Of a stretch of DNA of 5,555 bases, positions 3,586 to 5,555 are shown piece after piece. Position 1 is the stretch's first letter, and each line of letters opens with the position of its first letter. Below the pieces are notes generated by a model, which was not told the origin of the DNA, did no database searches, and saw nothing but the letters and a program-made list of their open reading frames with translations. The DNA comes from a virus. The DNA is taken from positions 1 through 5,555 of IMG/VR virus record IMGVR_UViG_3300045988_012393. One strand, written 5' to 3'. Position numbers and translations under genes: made by a program.

Positions 3586-3613
3586 AGCCCGGGCAAAACC
3601 CCGGGCTAATTTT
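3586..3613 (+). terminator. GC-rich hairpin plus short T-run between VP1 and VP2 (weak terminator/attenuator or translational element)
   Basis: agcccggg (3586-3593), loop caaaac, cccgggct (3600-3607), then aattt directly before ATG 3614. Confidence 0.45.
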
Positions 3614-4486
3614 ATGGGAATACTAGCCACATTCGGACTACCTCTCTTAAAAGCAGCAATACCAAGTCTTGTGGGAGCAGCAGCAAACAAGCTCTTTGGT
3701 ACAAGCGGAAGCTACGGACAGCAGGGGCAAGCTAACAGTCAAAGCAGCGGTTCGAGCTGGTCTCAAGGCACAAGCGACAGTTGGAGCACAAGCAGCAGCG
3801 GCACAAACGACGCTGTAAACAAAAGCATCGCAGCACTTGCAAACCAGCTAAGCCAAGGCAGCATGGCCGGACAGCAAAAATACAATCGAAATTCCATGCT
3901 CATGCAAATGGGCTACAACACGTTCGCTGCAATTCAGCAAGGCGTATACAATCACATCGAGCAGCAAACAGCAATGAGCTACAACACCGCAGAAGCCGCA
4001 AAAAACAGAGCATGGCAAGAGCAAATGAGTAACACGTCTTACCAAAGAGCAGTTGAGGACATGCGAAAAGCTGGCATCAACCCTATCTTAGCATACACAC
4101 AGGGCGGAGCAAGCACACCGAGCGGAGCGCAGGGAACAATCGGAAGCGCAAGTATGGGCATGGCATCCAGTAGCGCGCTGGGAGCAACGGCATTGCCAGG
4201 CATCAAACAGGACGGCAGCTGGAGCAGTCACAGTGAGGCATGGAGTCACGCAGAAAACGCAGCACAGAGCATCCAGCAAGCAATCATGTCGAGCAGCTCA
4301 AGCCCTGTCAGACTCAGGGGAGAAATGGAACGCATTGCAGAAACAGCAGTAGATGGAGCAATAAACCTTAAAGAAAAACTTGCAGCACTGCCGGTATCGG
4401 ACAAGGAAAGACGGAGAACCGCAGAAAACCTTGAAAGAGGACGGCGGCAAACAATCGGAATGGGAACAACCGGAAATTATTGGTAA
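3614..4486 (+). CDS. VP2: Minor capsid / DNA pilot protein VP2, 290 aa
   Basis: The N-terminus is hydrophobic and a Ser/Gly/Gln-rich stretch follows. The conserved core [27 protein letters not shown] is typical of gokushovirus VP2 pilot proteins. The gene sits directly after VP1. Confidence 0.93.
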   Translation: MGILATFGLPLLKAAIPSLVGAAANKLFGTSGSYGQQGQANSQSSGSSWSQGTSDSWSTSSSGTNDAVNKSIAALANQLSQGSMAGQQKYNRNSMLMQMGYNTFAAIQQGVYNHIEQQTAMSYNTAEAAKNRAWQEQMSNTSYQRAVEDMRKAGINPILAYTQGGASTPSGAQGTIGSASMGMASSSALGATALPGIKQDGSWSSHSEAWSHAENAAQSIQQAIMSSSSSPVRLRGEMERIAETAVDGAINLKEKLAALPVSDKERRRTAENLERGRRQTIGMGTTGNYW

Positions 4487-4491
4487 CAAAA

Positions 4492-5511
4492 ATGGGATGC
4501 AACAAGCCGTTAATTCGGTTTTACGTACCTCACGACAGAGAGGCAAGTGGAAGAGTGTATTCACTTGCCTCTTTTAACGAGATACACAAGACCAAAATGA
4601 CATACGAAAACTTAATATACCGCAAAGATGTAATGTTGATACCATGCGGACAGTGTACAGGGTGCAGGCTCCGAAAACGAAAAGACTGGGCCACGCGGAT
4701 GGAGCTAGAAGCATACGGATACGACAAAGAAAGTGTCTGGTTTATCACACTAACATACGACGATGACCATGTACCAACGCAAGACACAAAAACAGGCGAA
4801 ATCTACAAAGGCGGCGTAAACGTCTGGAAAGGCGGCTCAGAGCGTCCAAGAACAACGCAAACACTAAGCGTAGAGGATACACAGCTCTTTATTAAAAGAC
4901 TAAGGAAGGCCGTCAGAGAGCCTCTAAGATACTTTTTAGCAGGAGAGTACGGGGACAACACGGCAAGGCCACACTACCACATGATACTGTATGGGTGGCA
5001 TCCGAACGACTTAAAGCCAATCCACAAGTTATCGAGACATGGACACTACACAAGTGATAAACTGGTCAAAATCTGGGGACAAGGTACAGTTGACATAGCA
5101 CAAGCAACACCAGAAACCTATAATTATGTTGCAGGTTATGTGACCAAAAAGCTATACGGCAACGACAAAAAGCGTTACCAAAAAATGGGTTTAATACCAC
5201 CATTTTGCACAATGAGCCGAAAGCCGGGACTCGGAGACAAATGGTTTCAAAACCATCAAGATCGACTCTGGCAGCAGGGATACATACAGCTTACCAACGG
5301 CAAGAGAGCAGCCATACCGGAATACTACTGGCGAAAACTGGAAGCGGAAAACCCTGAAAAAGCATGGAGAATCAAACAGTATCGGCAGGAAAAAGCCATT
5401 GCGTCCCTAATCGAAAGAAACGCGGAAACAGATAAATCATACGCAGAGCAGCTAAAGGACAAGGAAGCATCCATGTCCAAGAAGATGAGCAAAGCCAAAG
5501 GCGTATTTTGA
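4492..5511 (+). CDS. VP4: Replication initiation protein VP4 (HUH rolling-circle endonuclease, phiX174 A-like), 339 aa from ATG 4492
   Basis: The protein starts MGCNKPL and has a CxxCxxC cluster (PCGQCTGCRLRKRKDW). The three RCR motifs are present: motif 1 FITLTYDD, motif 2 PHYHMILYG (HUH), and motif 3 YVAGYVTKK (YxxxY, two catalytic tyrosines). The track's TTG 4480 start is less likely. The ATG lies 5 nt after the VP2 stop with no clear SD. Confidence 0.96.
   Translation: MGCNKPLIRFYVPHDREASGRVYSLASFNEIHKTKMTYENLIYRKDVMLIPCGQCTGCRLRKRKDWATRMELEAYGYDKESVWFITLTYDDDHVPTQDTKTGEIYKGGVNVWKGGSERPRTTQTLSVEDTQLFIKRLRKAVREPLRYFLAGEYGDNTARPHYHMILYGWHPNDLKPIHKLSRHGHYTSDKLVKIWGQGTVDIAQATPETYNYVAGYVTKKLYGNDKKRYQKMGLIPPFCTMSRKPGLGDKWFQNHQDRLWQQGYIQLTNGKRAAIPEYYWRKLEAENPEKAWRIKQYRQEKAIASLIERNAETDKSYAEQLKDKEASMSKKMSKAKGVF
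4539..4572 (+). other. 11-bp perfect inverted repeat (hairpin, 12-nt loop) inside the 5' end of the Rep gene
   Basis: agaggcaagtg (4539-4549) pairs with cacttgcctct (4562-4572). The loop is gaagagtgtatt, and ttt follows at 4573-4575. Confidence 0.85.
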
Positions 5512-5555
5512 CACTTTGGTGTCACTCAGCCAAGTAACTATCAAGTATAGACTTG
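5479..5555. repeat. Second copy of the 77-nt terminal redundancy (Rep 3' end, stop-codon hairpin, first part of the terminator)
   Basis: Identical to 1-77. Confidence 0.97.

Noticed and set aside
3781-4032. 83-aa alternative-frame + ORF inside VP2
   Set aside because: It has a TTG start and no SD. The extremely basic low-complexity sequence derives from CAA/AAA/AGC-rich DNA. It is considered spurious.
4380-4577. 65-aa alternative-frame + ORF across the VP2/Rep junction
   Set aside because: It has a TTG start, no SD and no motif, and both overlapped genes are strongly supported in their own frames.
562-5525. All minus-strand ORFs in the track (562-744, 669-896, 980-1162, 1143-1511, 1536-1802, 1944-2516, 2519-2713, 2670-3371, 3402-3596, 3848-4045, 4088-4279, 4298-4564, 4530-4787, 5325-5525)
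   Set aside because: Every one lies antisense to a well-supported + strand gene. They have C/S/F/R-rich compositions that do not look like protein, and no family motif or SD. Microviridae express genes from one strand only. They are shadow ORFs of an A/C-rich coding strand.

Overview
The window is one complete circular genome of a small ssDNA phage of the family Microviridae, gokushovirus-like rather than phiX-like. Bases 1-77 are identical to 5479-5555, so the sequence is a linearised circle with a 77-nt wrap-around and a unit length of 5,478 nt. All supportable genes are on the + strand in one compact, often overlapping array. In order they are: a possible CTG-initiated 40-aa ORF, a 73-aa orphan, a 39-aa highly basic J/VP8-like DNA-binding protein, a 32-aa hydrophobic peptide, a VP5-like small protein, a VP3-like internal scaffold, the VP1 major capsid (566 aa), the VP2 pilot/minor capsid (290 aa), and the VP4 HUH rolling-circle Rep (339 aa). 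I see no tRNA, rRNA, CRISPR array, integrase or recognisable lysin. The most unusual part is a non-coding region of about 500 nt (96-597), entered just downstream of a strong hairpin terminator at 45-95. It contains two alternating purine/pyrimidine tracts, a pure A/T run with a phiX174-origin-like TGATATTA core, and three tandem pairs of TGTTGAA iterons. It also has a perfect and a near-perfect DnaA box inside a duplicated ~33-nt unit, a GC-rich multi-helix element and a sigma70-like promoter. Other points worth follow-up are an 11-bp perfect hairpin inside the 5' end of the Rep gene, a hairpin that could bring a distant SD next to the VP2 start, a 14-nt tandem duplication across the VP1 stop codon, and the translationally coupled 32-aa membrane-like peptide as a lysis candidate. 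All functional assignments come from motif recognition by eye. No database search was run.
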